NCBI GenBank assembly: GCA_020137815.1
Contig: CM035356.1
Location: forward strand, 8,122,001-8,186,000
Direction: 5' to 3'
From: Hormiphora californensis
Lineage: Eukaryota > Animalia > Ctenophora
DNA: 64,000 nt
Below are positions 1 through 11,584 of the stretch, piece after piece (within the stretch, counting starts at the first letter, position 1; each line of letters starts with the position of its first letter). Position numbers and translations under genes: made by a program. A model generated the notes under the pieces. The model did no database searches, was not told the origin of the DNA, and saw nothing but the letters and a program-made list of their open reading frames with translations.

Positions 1-1291
1 TATCCACCCTGTATTCGTCTGCCATTCGACCCGCTATGATTCCTATTACTCGTTCTTCAAGCGCGGGAACATACCTGGACGAGAGGGAGATTTAGAACGA
101 GAGAGGGACGGAGAGAGAGAGAGAGAGATGGGGAGGGAGAGGAGGGGGGCCGGCTGAAGTTTTTGAAGTTTTTGAAGTGAACTTCAAAAACTTCAAAGAG
201 AAACTTAGGGTGGAAAACTTCAAAAACTTCAAAAACTTCAAAAACTCATATCTCCTTAACCGTTGGAGATATGCCCTATGTTGCTTCATAACTCGTATAT
301 AAAGTTGCATATTCCGAACAAGATACACCCCTTTAAAAAGCCTATAGTCACTCATAAACCATTAAAACTGGTCTAGCCCAAAAAAGTCATGCGCACACAC
401 AAAATTATGAAAATATCCCATTATCCCTCGAATTAGATGAGGTGGAGACTTCATTTTGGCACGTACCCCCACTAACTCGAGGCCGCTGATGATTTTAGTG
501 TCCATATTTTTTTCACTACTCCCTTCATAAAAAATTTGCATTTTGTGAAACTGGCAAAAAGGGTGTGGCCCCAAAAAAAATTTTGAAAATTTACTTTATA
601 ATTTTTTTAACACTTTCTTAGCATTTTCTAGGCAATTTTTTGAGTTATAGAATGAAAATAAAATCAGTTTTTACAAAAAATTTAAACTTTTTACACCAAA
701 TTGTGCCATGGATTTCACGGCTAGGAATCATTGTAAATATCCTAATTTGCGGTGGAAAAAGGGCAGACAAGGACGGATAACTTTGCCACACTATGTATTA
801 AGCATGAAACTAACCTAAACAAGTGTAATAATAGTCACTGATAGCATATAAAAGTAGTTTAGAGTTTTTGAAGTTTTTGAAGTTTTTGAAGTCAACTTCA
901 AAAACTTCAAAAACTCAAAAAGTAGGGTGGAAAACTTCAAACTTCAAAAACTTCAGCCGGCCCCCCCCCCCGAGGGAGAGAGAGAGACGAGTTTAGATGG
1001 TACTGGTAAGTTTGGGATAGATCAACATGTGATAACCCTAAAATGTACCAGACTGTACAATAGTAGGGGATGAAATGGGTTATGAAATGTTCACACATAC
1101 CTCCTACTGTTTCTGTCAATCCAAACTGATTTCCCAGTTGACCTAATAACACCAGGTTTTGTACAACTAATCTGATCGTTGATGTATCTCAATCCTGGAC
1201 CCACTTTCAGGTTCTTATCTTTGGGGAGAGAGAAAGTGTCTCCACACATGACAATAGCAGGGGAGGGCGGTAGAGACCTCCCCGTCTCCAT
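1..1291 (-). CDS. EXOSC3: Exosome complex component RRP40, 5' part; exon 1 at 1101-1291, exon 2 at 74 to beyond the window start
   Basis: Joining exon 1 (..VMCGDTF..KVGPGLR..CTKPGVIR..VWIDRNSRR) across a GT..AG intron (75-1100) to exon 2 gives RYVPALEERVIGIIAGRMADEYRVD. This matches the RRP40 N-terminal domain and the start of its S1 domain. Confidence 0.88.
142..971. mobile_element. Non-autonomous DNA transposon (MITE-1) with poly-G/poly-C ends, probably Mutator-like, in EXOSC3 intron 1
   Basis: TIR GGGGGGCCGGCTGAAGTTTTTGAAG / CTTCAAAAACTTCAGCCGGCCCCCC. 9-bp flanking duplication GAGGGAGAG at 133-141 and 972-980. Internal GAAGTTTTT 9-mer arrays. Confidence 0.8.
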
Positions 1292-2031
1292 ATCTTGATA
1301 ACTTGGCTAGAAGGGGAAGGTGAGAGGTCAGGTATCTGGATATAACAGATCACATATCTGAGGCGGGGGAGACAGCTCTAAGAAGAGGGCGCGCGGCGCG
1401 AAACACTACCGAAAAAGTGTTTACTCGCTTTAAGTTTAAAGTTCCTACACAGTGCGAATATTCGCGCGTGCGCACCAGTCTCCCCTAACTGTGGCAATGT
1501 CGGTCACAAAATCCTGCAGTTACACGCACAACAGAAGGGACAGCTGCAACCGCTGTCGAAAGTTCACTTTTTCAAACAATTCGGGCAAGCAAAAGTCGGG
1601 AAAAAGAGAGAGACAAAATAAACTATTCATGACCATCAAGGAATCGGCAAAAAGTAGTCTCAGCTGGCAACATATGGCCCTACGAATACACTACATTAAT
1701 ACATAACACGGCCAATTTGCAGTACAAAACCTGAAACGATAAGTGATATCGAATGTTCACACAACATTCAATCGGGATGTTTAATAAGATACACCATACA
1801 AGTTTAGAGGTTTAGTTACTGCTTGGAAAACAGGTCTGAGTAATGCAAAATGAATTATATGTTAAAAAGCTGAAAACAACCAGGACGCAAGGGTTACTAA
1901 ACAAACTTCCAATAATTTAGAGTGGGACAGGGTGGACACTATTTCACCTGCATTAAGTGTATTACTGACAGCATGTGGACCTGCACAAGTAACAATATGA
2001 TGAACCAGGACCCTGTTGCAGCAGAGGATAT

Positions 2032-2313
2032 GGGGGGGGGGGGGACAAATGGTGACATATGGTGACAAATGGTGATGGTGACATGACCAAAATTTTGAGA
2101 TGAGTCACCATTTGTCACCATTCTCTCTGGAGCTTCCTACAGGCATAATATGATGTTATGGGACATAATATGATGTTATGGGACACTGGGGGACACTTCT
2201 ACCAAGTTTCAAGTCGATTGGATGTAATTAAGGGCCACAGGTGGTTAATTGCGCTTTTATGTGTTGTGCGACGGAGGTACACCCTCAACGTGACTTTTGG
2301 GAAGTTTTAGCGG
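2032..2313. mobile_element. Left part of MITE-3 (duplicated copy in unit 1)
   Basis: Poly-G start followed by ACAAATGGTG sub-repeats; essentially identical to 6434-6714. Confidence 0.7.
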
Positions 2314-2545
2314 CTGGCACACTCAGCTTATGTGATAGGAGTTAGCAAGGAATGGTCGTTTCTCACAAGAACAACCCCGGGAATCTCATGCTATCTTCAA
2401 GAAATAGAGGATGCTATTCTTCACAAGCTCCTACCAGCCATAACGGGACAGCCTTTCATCGATGACAACCTTCGTAACATCATGGCCCTGCCTGCACGCC
2501 TGGGTGGACTAGGTATCGACAATCCCGTCATTATGGCGGACCTGG
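2314..2545 (+). mobile_element. 5' fragment of CRE retrotransposon A (duplicated copy)
   Basis: Translates to LAHSAYVIGVSKEWSFLTRTTP..ALPARLGGLGIDNP, homologous to the CRE ORF at 3506-5223. Confidence 0.8.
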
Positions 2546-3392
2546 GGGGGGTTCAACCTAAAAATTTCCATTTCCATTTGCCAAAATCCGGGTATCGATG
2601 GAAATTTTTAGAAATTTTTAGAAGTTTTTAGAAATTTTTAGAAGTTTTTAGTACTAAAAATTTCCAAAAATTTCTAAAAATTTCCAAAAATTTCCATTAA
2701 TTTCTAAAAATTTCCATTGACCAAGAAAAGAAAAATTAACAAAAACTTGAAAATATATAAACACAGTTGTCGAAGAACTGGTTCCTTTTCCTTACCTCTT
2801 GTGACAACTGAGCATCAATAAGTTATTGAATGATAGATAAGACATCGATATCATATATTTTTGGGCAATCCGTACAATTTCTTCAGAAATCATAGCTTCA
2901 TTGGACAACTAAGGACGCGGACGTCTCGAAAACTGATTTAAAAGTAAGTTACCAAATAGCACAAGATACCTTATGTACTTATATAAGGTGCTATTTGGTA
3001 ACTTACTTTTAAATATTCCTTCGGACGGGTCCTTTTACCATGACTAATGCTTAATACCGTAGTAGATCAGGTTTCTTAGCATACAATATAGAAACTTAAA
3101 CTCTTTTTTAAACTCGATAAGGGATATAGCGAGAATAAGTACTAACTTACTGTCGAAAACATGCATAGATTACCTGTCATTACCTTGGAATTGGGTTACC
3201 GACGAACTTATATAAACTTCTAAAAGTTTCTAAAAACTTCTAAAAATTTCTAAAAACTTCTAAAAATTTCTAAAAATTTCCATTTACTAAAAACTTCCAA
3301 AAATTTCCATTGTCCATAAATTTCTAAAAATTTCTAAAAATTTCTAAAAATTTCCAAAAAATTCTAAAAATTTCCAAAAATTTCCAAAAATT

Positions 3393-5223
3393 AATAAGGG
3401 GGGGGTCGGCCGATATTGGCCTTGAATATAAATAGTGGTACACACACTTACAATGTCAATAATAAATTAAACAAACGGGGTCAATAAATTATATAAATAA
3501 AAGATTTAGTCTATTTGGTAGATACTGTCATCCCGACCGCTGCTGCCTTCTGCCCTCAGTCGTCCGCGGTGCCCCCTGATGGAAATGGTGACGGAGCGGA
3601 CCATGGCAAATGACAACCTTAGCCTCAGGTACCGGATACACTGATCGTATGAATATCCTGTTTTAGTCGCCTTCTTCTCAGCCAATTGTTTCAAAGTCTT
3701 ATTAAATTCCCTTCCAAGGCCCCCTGTAGTTGACATGACCAGTGGTGTGAATGTTGACTTTTCCACCTCTAGGACACGGTGGAGGTAGGATGTTTTCTTC
3801 TCTCTCTCGTGTTTTTCATATGTTTTGGCGATGGTCTGGTTTGAGTTGGACGATATCCTTGGATTGAAAATCCTTACATCGAAATAGATATTGTCCATAT
3901 CCGACCAAAAGCCGCGACTACTGATGTCAAGTCTGGCGCCATCGGCTGTTATAGTGCCAGCCGGAAGATTCACCCCTCTAACATTTAGGAGATGGGGTTC
4001 GATCTTAGTGTCGACACATACTTTATTCAGTTCGTGGCCAATGAAATCTCTCACGTTGTTGTGTCGGAAACATACAAAACCTCCGAGTTTACAGGATATG
4101 AGGTGATCGATGGTGTTTTCTTCCCCACATGCACAATGCTGAGGTAAGGCCTGTCCGACGAGAGGCAGGTTATAACGGGCTGACATGGCGTCGTGCCACT
4201 CCTGTCTGTTGAGGGTGAAGTTCAAAGATTGGAGAGGGAGACATGTTAACCAGGATGAGGCCCCCTTTTCCATGAGTAGGTCCAGGTTTCTGATTTCAGC
4301 TGTAGTCATCATGTTTTTGATCTCGTCGATTTTCTTCTGATGAATATCGTTCTTGGTTCGGTGGATGAGGGTTTTCTTCTCTGCTCGTTCCTTTTGGTTG
4401 ATTTTGAATGTTTCCTGTTGAGCTAGGACTGCAACTGAGAGCTCTTCAGTAACAAACTTTGAGAAACTGTAGTCTGAGTCTGATGATATTTGAGGGTTGT
4501 CTACTCCTAGTCCTCCGAATCTTACAGGGAGGGCTGCAACCAATCTCAAGGTTTCATTTACAACTGGCTGACCGGTTATCGCCGGGAGGAGCTTCTGATG
4601 AATTTTCTCCTCAATAGTGCCTAGTTGGTCCGAAATCCCAGGAGTGGTTCTCATGAGATAGCTCCAACGTTTTGATAGTCCGATGTTGTATGCAGTGTAT
4701 GCAAGCTGAGGTTCGTTCAGGGCAATATCACAAATCTGATCAATTTCACTCTCCCATTTCGCAACTTCGTTCCTCACAAACTCTGCCTGACCTTCCTCCG
4801 TACCAATGTATGAACCCAGGTAACGCTGGCCCTGAGAAGTGATGTTTACATCAGGGAACATGGATCGAGCAGCTTCTTCAAATTCTGGTTTCACAATCAG
4901 CCAGGATTTCCCTGGATTTGGGAGATAGCCATAACCAGGTCCATCTTGTTTAACTTTCTCCCACCAGGTTTTTACAGTACTGAGAGTGCCCCCGCCAAGG
5001 CCGTCGTCTGCGTAAAAGATTTGAGTCAATTTAGAGTCCTTATCCTCAACAGACCGTATAAGCGGCATTAGGCAGCAAGCGTACATATGCATAGCAGCAG
5101 TATCTCCCTGGGTTGTCCCTTCAGACGACTTCAAAACTTCATTGTTCTCGCCATCGCATAAAAATAAGTTCGCGGTTAGTCCATATGTATTTTGTAAATA
5201 AATCTTAAATTCAGGGCAAGTGT
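3393..5223 (-). mobile_element. 5'-truncated CRE-clade non-LTR retrotransposon B (RT + zinc knuckle + restriction-like endonuclease)
   Basis: Open frame with EGTTQGD, YADD, CxCG..HLISC, RHNNVRD and RLDI..DV..EREKK..Y. 13-bp TSD ATTTCCAAAAATT at 3380-3392 and 5224-5236. Confidence 0.92.
3506..5223 (-). CDS. CRE B polyprotein, C-terminal about 570 aa (RT-RLE), 5' truncated
   Basis: ORF 3506..5275; its first ~17 residues are read from MITE-2 repeats and do not belong to the element. Confidence 0.85.
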
Positions 5224-5512
5224 ATTTCCAAAAATTTCTAAAAATTTCTAAAAATTTCCAAAATAAAATTTCCATTTGCCAAAAAAGTGGGTATCAATGG
5301 AAATTTTTGAAGTTTTTGAAGTAAACTCAAAACTCAAAAACCAAAAGTGGTGAAAACTTCAACTTCAAACTTCACCGGCCCCCCCCCCCGAGGGAGAGAG
5401 AGAGACGAGTTTAGATGGTACTGGTAAGTTTGGGATAGATCAACATGTGATAACCTAAATGTACCAGACTGTACAATAGTAGGGGAGAATGGGTTATGAA
5501 ATGTTCACACAT

Positions 5513-5700
5513 CCTCCTACTTTTTCTGTCAATCCAAACTGATTTCCCAGTTGACCAAATAACACCAGGTTTTGTACAACTAATCTGATCGTTGATGTAT
5601 CTCAATCCTGGACCCACTTTCAGGTCTTATCTTGGGGAAGAGAAAGTGTCTCACACATGACAATAGCAGGGGAGGGCGGTAGAGACCTCCCCGTCTCCAT
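5513..5700 (-). pseudogene. EXOSC3: Orphan duplicate of EXOSC3 exon 1 with single-base deletions, a damaged donor and no downstream exon
   Basis: Copy of 1101-1291 with frameshifts; the donor GTATGT is reduced to GATGT; downstream sequence is MITE and CRE B. Confidence 0.7.
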
Positions 5701-6714
5701 ATCTGATAACTGGCTAGAAGGGAAGGTGAGAGTCAGGTATCTGGATATAACAGATCACATATCTGAGGCGGGGGAGACAGCTCTAAAAGGGCGCGCGGCG
5801 CGAAACACTACCGAAAAAGTGTTTACTCGCTTTAAGTTTAAAGTTCCTACACAGTGCGAATATTCGCGCGTGCGCACCAGTCTCCCCTAACTGTGGCAAT
5901 GTCGGTCACAAAATCCTGCAGTTACACGCACAACAGAAGGGACAGCTGCAACCGCTGTCGAAAGTTCACTTTTTCAAACAATTCGGGCAAGCAAAAGTCG
6001 GGAAAAAGAGAGAGACAAAATAAACTATTCATGACCATCAAGGAATCGGCAAAAAGTAGTCTCAGCTGGCAACATATGGCCCTACGAATACACTACATTA
6101 ATACATAACACGGCCAATTTGCAGTACAAAACCTGAAACGATAAGTGATATCGAATGTTCACACAACATTCAATCGGGATGTTTAATAAGATACACCATA
6201 CAAGTTTAGAGGTTTAGTTACTGCTTGGAAAACAGGTCTGAGTAATGCAAAATGAATTATATGTTAAAAAGCTGAAAACAACCAGGACGCAAGGGTTACT
6301 AAACAAACTTCCAATAATTTAGAGTGGGACAGGGTGGACACTATTTCACCTGCATTAAGTGTATTACTGACAGCATGTGGACCTGCACAAGTAACAATAT
6401 GATGAACCAGGACCCTGTTGCAGCAGAGGATATGGGGGGGGGGGGACAAATGGTGACATATGGTGACAAATGGTGATGGTGACATGACCAAAATTTTGAG
6501 ATGAGTCACCATTTGTCACCATTCTCTCTGGAGCTTCCTACAGGCATAATATGATGTTATGGGACATAATATGATGTTATGGGACACTGGGGGACACTTC
6601 TACCAAGTTTCAAGTCGATTGGATGTAATTAAGGGCCACAGGTGGTTAATTGCGCTTTTATGTGTTGTGCGACGGAGGTACACCCTCAACGTGACTTTTG
6701 GGAAGTTTTAGCGG

Positions 6715-9026
6715 CTGGCACACTCAGCTTATGTGATAGGAGTTAGCAAGGAATGGTCGTTTCTCACAAGAACAACCCCGGGAATCTCATGCTATCTTCA
6801 AGAAATAGAGGATGCTATTCTTCACAAGCTCCTACCAGCCATAACGGGACAGCCTTTCATCGATGACAACCTTCGTAACATCATGGCCCTGCCTGCACGC
6901 CTGGGTGGACTAGGTATCGACAATCCCGTCATTATGGCGGACCTGGGGGGGGTTCAACCTAAAAATTTCCATTTCCATTTGCCAAAATCCGGGTATCGAT
7001 GGAAATTTTTAGAAATTTTTAGAAGTTTTTAGAAATTTTTAGAAGTTTTTAGTACTAAAAATTTCCAAAAATTTCTAAAAATTTCCAAAAATTTCCATTA
7101 ATTTCTAAAAATTTCTAAAAATTTCTAAAAATTTCTAAAAATTTCTAAAAATTTCTAAAAATTTCCAAAAATTTCCATTGACCAAGAAAAGAAAAATTAA
7201 CAAAAACTTGAAAATATATAAACACAGTTGTCGAAGAACTGGTTCCTTTTCCTTACCTCTTGTGACAACTGAGCATCAATAAGTTATTGAATGATAGATA
7301 AGACATCGATATCATATATTTTTGGGCAATCCGTACAATTTCTTCAGAAATCATAGCTTCATTGGACAACTAAGGACGCGGACGTCTCGAAAACTGATTT
7401 AAAAGTAAGTTACCAAATAGCACAAGATACCTTATGTACTTATATAAGGTGCTATTTGGTAACTTACTTTTAAATATTCCTTCGGACGGGTCCTTTTACC
7501 ATGACTAATGCTTAATACCGTAGTAGATCAGGTTTCTTAGCATACAATATAGAAACTTAAACTCTTTTTTAAACTCGATAAGGGATATAGCGAGAATAAG
7601 TACTAACTTACTGTCGAAAACATGCATAGATTACCTGTCATTACCTTGGAATTGGGTTACCGACGAACTTATATAAACTTCTAAAAGTTTCTAAAAATTT
7701 CTAAAAATTTCTAAAAATTTCTAAAAACTTCTAAAAATTTCTAAAAATTTCCATTTACTAAAAACTTCCAAAAATTTCCATTGTCCATAAATTTCTAAAA
7801 ATTTCTAAAAATTTCTAAAAATTTCCAAAAAATTCTAAAAATTTCCAAAAATTTCCAAAAATTTCTAAAAATTTCTAAAAATTTCTAAAAATTTCCATTT
7901 GCCAAAAAAGTGGGTATCAATGGAAATTTTTAGGGTTGAACCCCCCCCCCCCCCCCCGGACCTGGAGTATGCCAACTCTGTTGCAGTTACATCCAAGCTT
8001 TGTGAAGCTATTGTGAAACAGAAGAAGGAATACAAACAGAAACCAGAGGAACAACGGGAAGTGCTTGCATCAATCAAGAAAATAAAAAACGATCTCTTGA
8101 AGAGTATGGCGGAGAAGATAAAACAGAAGCTAAGTCCCAAAGAACAGAGAAACCTCGACTGGATTAGCGAGAAAGGGGCCTCTTCATTTCTCACGTGCTT
8201 GCCACTTGAGAAACTCCGATTTCATCTTACGAGACAAGAGTTTCACGATGCAATGTCTGTTAGGTATAACATGCCGATAGTTGGGGATCCGAGGCCTGAA
8301 ACATGCTGCTGTGGGGAGAAAAACACTATCGAACATGCATTATCATGTAAGAAAGGTGGATATGTTTCTCTCCGACACAACCGTGTTCGAGACTACATTG
8401 CAGGGGAACTGGACAGAGTATGTTACAACAATCAGATTGAACCTCGCCTTCTTTCCACCAACGGGCGGGCTCTTCCGGAAGGATCACGCTCGACTGGACA
8501 TTTCTACACGGGACTTCTGGACACCAATGGACAAGGCATTCTTCGACGTAAGAGTATTAAACTCCCAAGCCACATCCAATGCTGTCCAGTCGATCCCCCA
8601 GACATTCATCAAGCACGAGAAAGAAAAGAAGACGGGATACAACCATAGAGTGTTAGAAGTGGACGGTGGAGCATTTACTCCCCTGGTTATGGCAACAACT
8701 GGCGGTCTGGGGCGTGAGTTCTCCCGCTTCGTAAAGCATCTTGCAGAAAAGAAATCAGACAAGAGTGGCAACAGATACGAAGAGTGTGTGAGATATATTC
8801 GCCTAAGATTGTCCTTCTCGATGGTGAGGAGTGTCACTCTTTCACTTCGAGGGTTCAGAGGAAGACTGAGAGAGGACACTACTGAAGATTTATATCTGAT
8901 GTAATTGATTGTTGTAGTGCCTTATAGCACAGATTTCCTTTGGCGCCAGAGAGCGCATGCATCATGTACATCCGAGTACTCTCGGAACCAAGGTTTTAAT
9001 ACGGGAGCGCTCTCCCCCCAAAAAAA
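6715..9026 (+). mobile_element. 5'-truncated CRE retrotransposon A, split by MITE-2, with one frameshift near 8490
   Basis: Removing MITE-2 restores GIDNPVIMADLEYANSV. Downstream motifs CCCGEKNTIEHALSC, RHNRVRD and RLDI..EKEKK..Y; stop at 8904. C-run plus A tail; 12-bp TSD AAGTTTTAGCGG at 6703-6714 and 9027-9038. Confidence 0.9.
6947..7956. mobile_element. MITE-2, complete copy, Mutator-like
   Basis: TIR GGGGGGTTCAACC / GGTTGAACCCCCC; TSD up to 9 bp, CGGACCTGG (6938-6946 and 7957-7965); 10-mer arrays. Confidence 0.88.
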
Positions 9027-9539
9027 AAGTTTTAGCGGTCCAAAACACTACTAGCCGATCCGGAATGGCCATGTTAACAACTTATGAACAAATATATCGG
9101 TCTAAGGAAATTAATAAATTTTATCAAATTTTTAAAGAAATTCTGCCGAAATCCGCATATTTCGTCAAAAAATGGTGATGGTTACATACCCTAAATGGTC
9201 AGATGAGTCACCATTTGTCAGCAAATGTCACCATTTGTCACCATGATTACCCCCCCCAGGATATCATCTTTTAAACCCTTCGACAACCTTAGTGGGTGTA
9301 GCAACTAGCATAGGCATTGTGTTAGGACACGGGGATATGAAGGGAAGAGAGAGACACACAATACGAGTGGCTCGGTACAAGTTTTGTGTGTGTGTGTGGT
9401 CACACTCTTTTCCGGGTATCAAGAGAGGAAAAATGTGTGGTCCCATTTCTTAGACTTATTGGGGTAAACCACTGGTTTAAAACCAGTGAGATTGTTTTAG
9501 TTCAAACACAATGTTCTTGTAGAAACATCAACCTAGGAT

Positions 9540-9824
9540 ATCCATTCTCCGGTGAACATGTTAGGAACGTAATTACGCGTAATTAACGAATGTATTTTAT
9601 GAGGTAGATTCTCTGGATAAAAGGCTCAATTATTTGGACCCATTTCTGAGTTGGTGCCTGACATGTACATCAACAGGAAATCCATTCTCCAGTGAACATG
9701 AATAAACATGTTAGGAGCGTAATTAAGCGTATGAATTTTATGAGGTAGATTCTCTGGTGGATGACCATGGATAAAAAACTATAAAAGTTGGGAGAGGACC
9801 CATTTCTGAGTTAGTGCCTCACAT
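9540..9824. repeat. Two diverged direct copies of a ~140-bp unit
   Basis: ATCCATTCTCC..GAGGTAGATTCTCTGG..GGACCCATTTCTGAGTT occurs twice. Confidence 0.7.
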
Positions 9825-9919
9825 CTGTATTTCTTTGTTGTTCTAACTCTCCCTTTACGGGGGCGCCCGAAACACAGTCTAGCCAGGCAAGTATTTCTAG
9901 TGTGGAATCGACATTTAAT

Positions 9920-10685
9920 AAATGTGTTAGAAATGAAGTAGCTACAAAATGTGTGTTAGAAATGAAGTAGCTACAAAATGTGTGTTAGAAATGAAGTAGC
10001 TACAAAATGTGTGTTAGAAATGAAGTAGCTACAAAATGTGTGTTAGAAATGAAGTAGCTACAAAATGTACCTAACTCTGCCAACCTAGTATTTCAACAGC
10101 ACGCTAGACTGGGTATGCGGATAGTCCCACCACCTTACCCCTATAGAGCAGAAACGAAACGAGCTAATCAATTTCACTGCTCATTTGGTCCAAGAGCAGC
10201 TCATTTATGGAACACTCTACCTGCTGCTGTCAATTCTTGTGTGAGCTTGAATCAGTTCAAATCATCATTGGGCAATTACTTGACAGGATTTCACGATCGT
10301 CCTCCAGTCAGAGGGTACCCGCCACTTCCAAATGACCTTTCGCCTCAATGTGCTGTGCTGTGCTGATGAGTGTGAGTGTGAAGGGATAGTTTTTCAACAT
10401 GATTTTATTTAGGTGGACCCATTCAGGGAAGGCCTGTTTCTTTATAAATAAAACTTTAATTGTAAACTTGTAAACTTGTAAACTTGTAATGTGTGTTAGA
10501 AATGAAGTAGCTACAAAATGTGTGTTAGAAATGAAGTAGCTACAAAATGTGTGTTAGAAATGAAGTAGCTACAAAATGTGTGTTAGAAATGAAGTAGCTA
10601 CAAAATGTGTGTTAGAAATGAAGTAGCTACAAAATGTGTGTTAGAAATGAAGTAGCTACAAAATGTGTGTTAGAAATGAAGTAGC
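9920..10685. repeat. 29-bp minisatellite AATGTGTGTTAGAAATGAAGTAGCTACAA, about 12 copies, split by a LINE fragment
   Basis: Perfect copies at 9920-10067 and 10488-10685. Confidence 0.95.
10068..10489 (+). mobile_element. 5'-truncated CR1/L2-type LINE 3' end
   Basis: Encodes an ORF2 C-terminus, SFGPRAAHLWNTLP..NSCVSLNQFKSSL..DRPP, then AATAAA and a (GTAAACTT)n tail at 10462-10489. Confidence 0.8.
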
Positions 10686-10902
10686 GAGAGATTTAAAAAC
10701 TGTTGATCTAAATCTATCTGCCATGACAGGTCTTATGTCTCATGGAGAAGCAGGACCAGCCCGTTGCCTGTGTATGCTTTGTGCCCCCGGCTCATATCAG
10801 AGCAAAGCACAATAAAGAGTTCAACATAAGAGTATCCCCTGGCTTGCGGTAGATGAGCTATATCACTTGTCATCACCTTACAATTTACTAGTATAACGTT
10901 AA

Positions 10903-11352
10903 AGGTTGACAAGATACCTAAAACTTTTCGTATATCGTCTTATTTTGATTTATCAATAATTTTCAGCATTTTTTCAGAATTTTTTGTCGGCTAGAAAAAA
11001 AATCGAAATAGGGGGTCTACCGATATTGTCAGCACTGGTTTTACTGGGCACACTCACTGCGTCTCGCAAATTGAAATTCACGTTTCCGGTTCCTCAAAAG
11101 ATAAAGACTTGATCTTGGTTGCGTTGGATTGGTCTCAATAAGACCTTTCCAACGCTACCAAAACGGTTTCTGTATCTCATCAGGAACCGGAGATATTACG
11201 TTATCAATTTTAAAAAAGGCACACTCATTTGTCAGTAGACCCCCTATTTTGCACATATTTCTAGCCGACAAAAAATTCTGAAAAAATGCTGAAAATTAAT
11301 GATAAATCAAAATAAGACGATATACGAAAAGTTTTAGGTATCTTGTCAACCT
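10903..11352. mobile_element. TTAA-flanked MITE (Kolobok-like, AG ends)
   Basis: About 95-bp TIR beginning AGGTTGACAAGATACC; TTAA at 10899-10902 and 11353-11356. Confidence 0.88.
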
Positions 11353-11584
11353 TTAATCGACACTCCCGGCCTCCTTCACCCATTTTGGGAGCGTCCCATA
11401 GTTTGCCCAAAAACCGAAAGAGTTTTCAAACATAGTCGACGTGCGCCATATGACTGAAATTAGGGATAACTACCAGTGGCACAAAACAAGGAGGGGTGTC
11501 CTCCTTTTGAGCTAGTTGGAGTGTGTGCGGAGGTCATATTGCAGTTGTACAAATTTACGGCCTGTTCTAGAATACTACTGTCCA

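Larger units (their letters stand above)
2546..5308. mobile_element. MITE-2, unit-1 copy; interrupted by CRE B, with its right end fused to the MITE-1 right end
   Basis: Starts GGGGGGTTCAACC and carries AAAATTTCTA/AAAATTTCCA arrays. It resumes at 5224 after CRE B and switches to MITE-1 sequence at about 5308. Confidence 0.75.
880..7930. repeat. Tandem segmental duplication: unit 1 about 880-5308 (includes an extra CRE insertion), unit 2 about 5309-7930
   Basis: Near-identical sequence at an offset of about 4.4 kb. ORFs 1452 and 5854 are identical, as are 2332 and 6733. Confidence 0.9.
6434..9257. mobile_element. MITE-3 with poly-G/poly-C ends, hosting CRE A
   Basis: Left end poly-G + ACAAATGGTGAC; right end GTCACCATTTGTCACC..CCCCCCCC. 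Flanking duplication AGGATAT at 6427-6433 and 9258-9264. Confidence 0.75.

Noticed and set aside
1452-1706. 84-aa ORF present twice
   Set aside because: Identity is explained by the segmental duplication; non-ATG start and no motif.
9920-10685. CRISPR-like array of 29-bp repeats
   Set aside because: Repeats are head-to-tail with no spacers, in a eukaryotic context with no cas genes.
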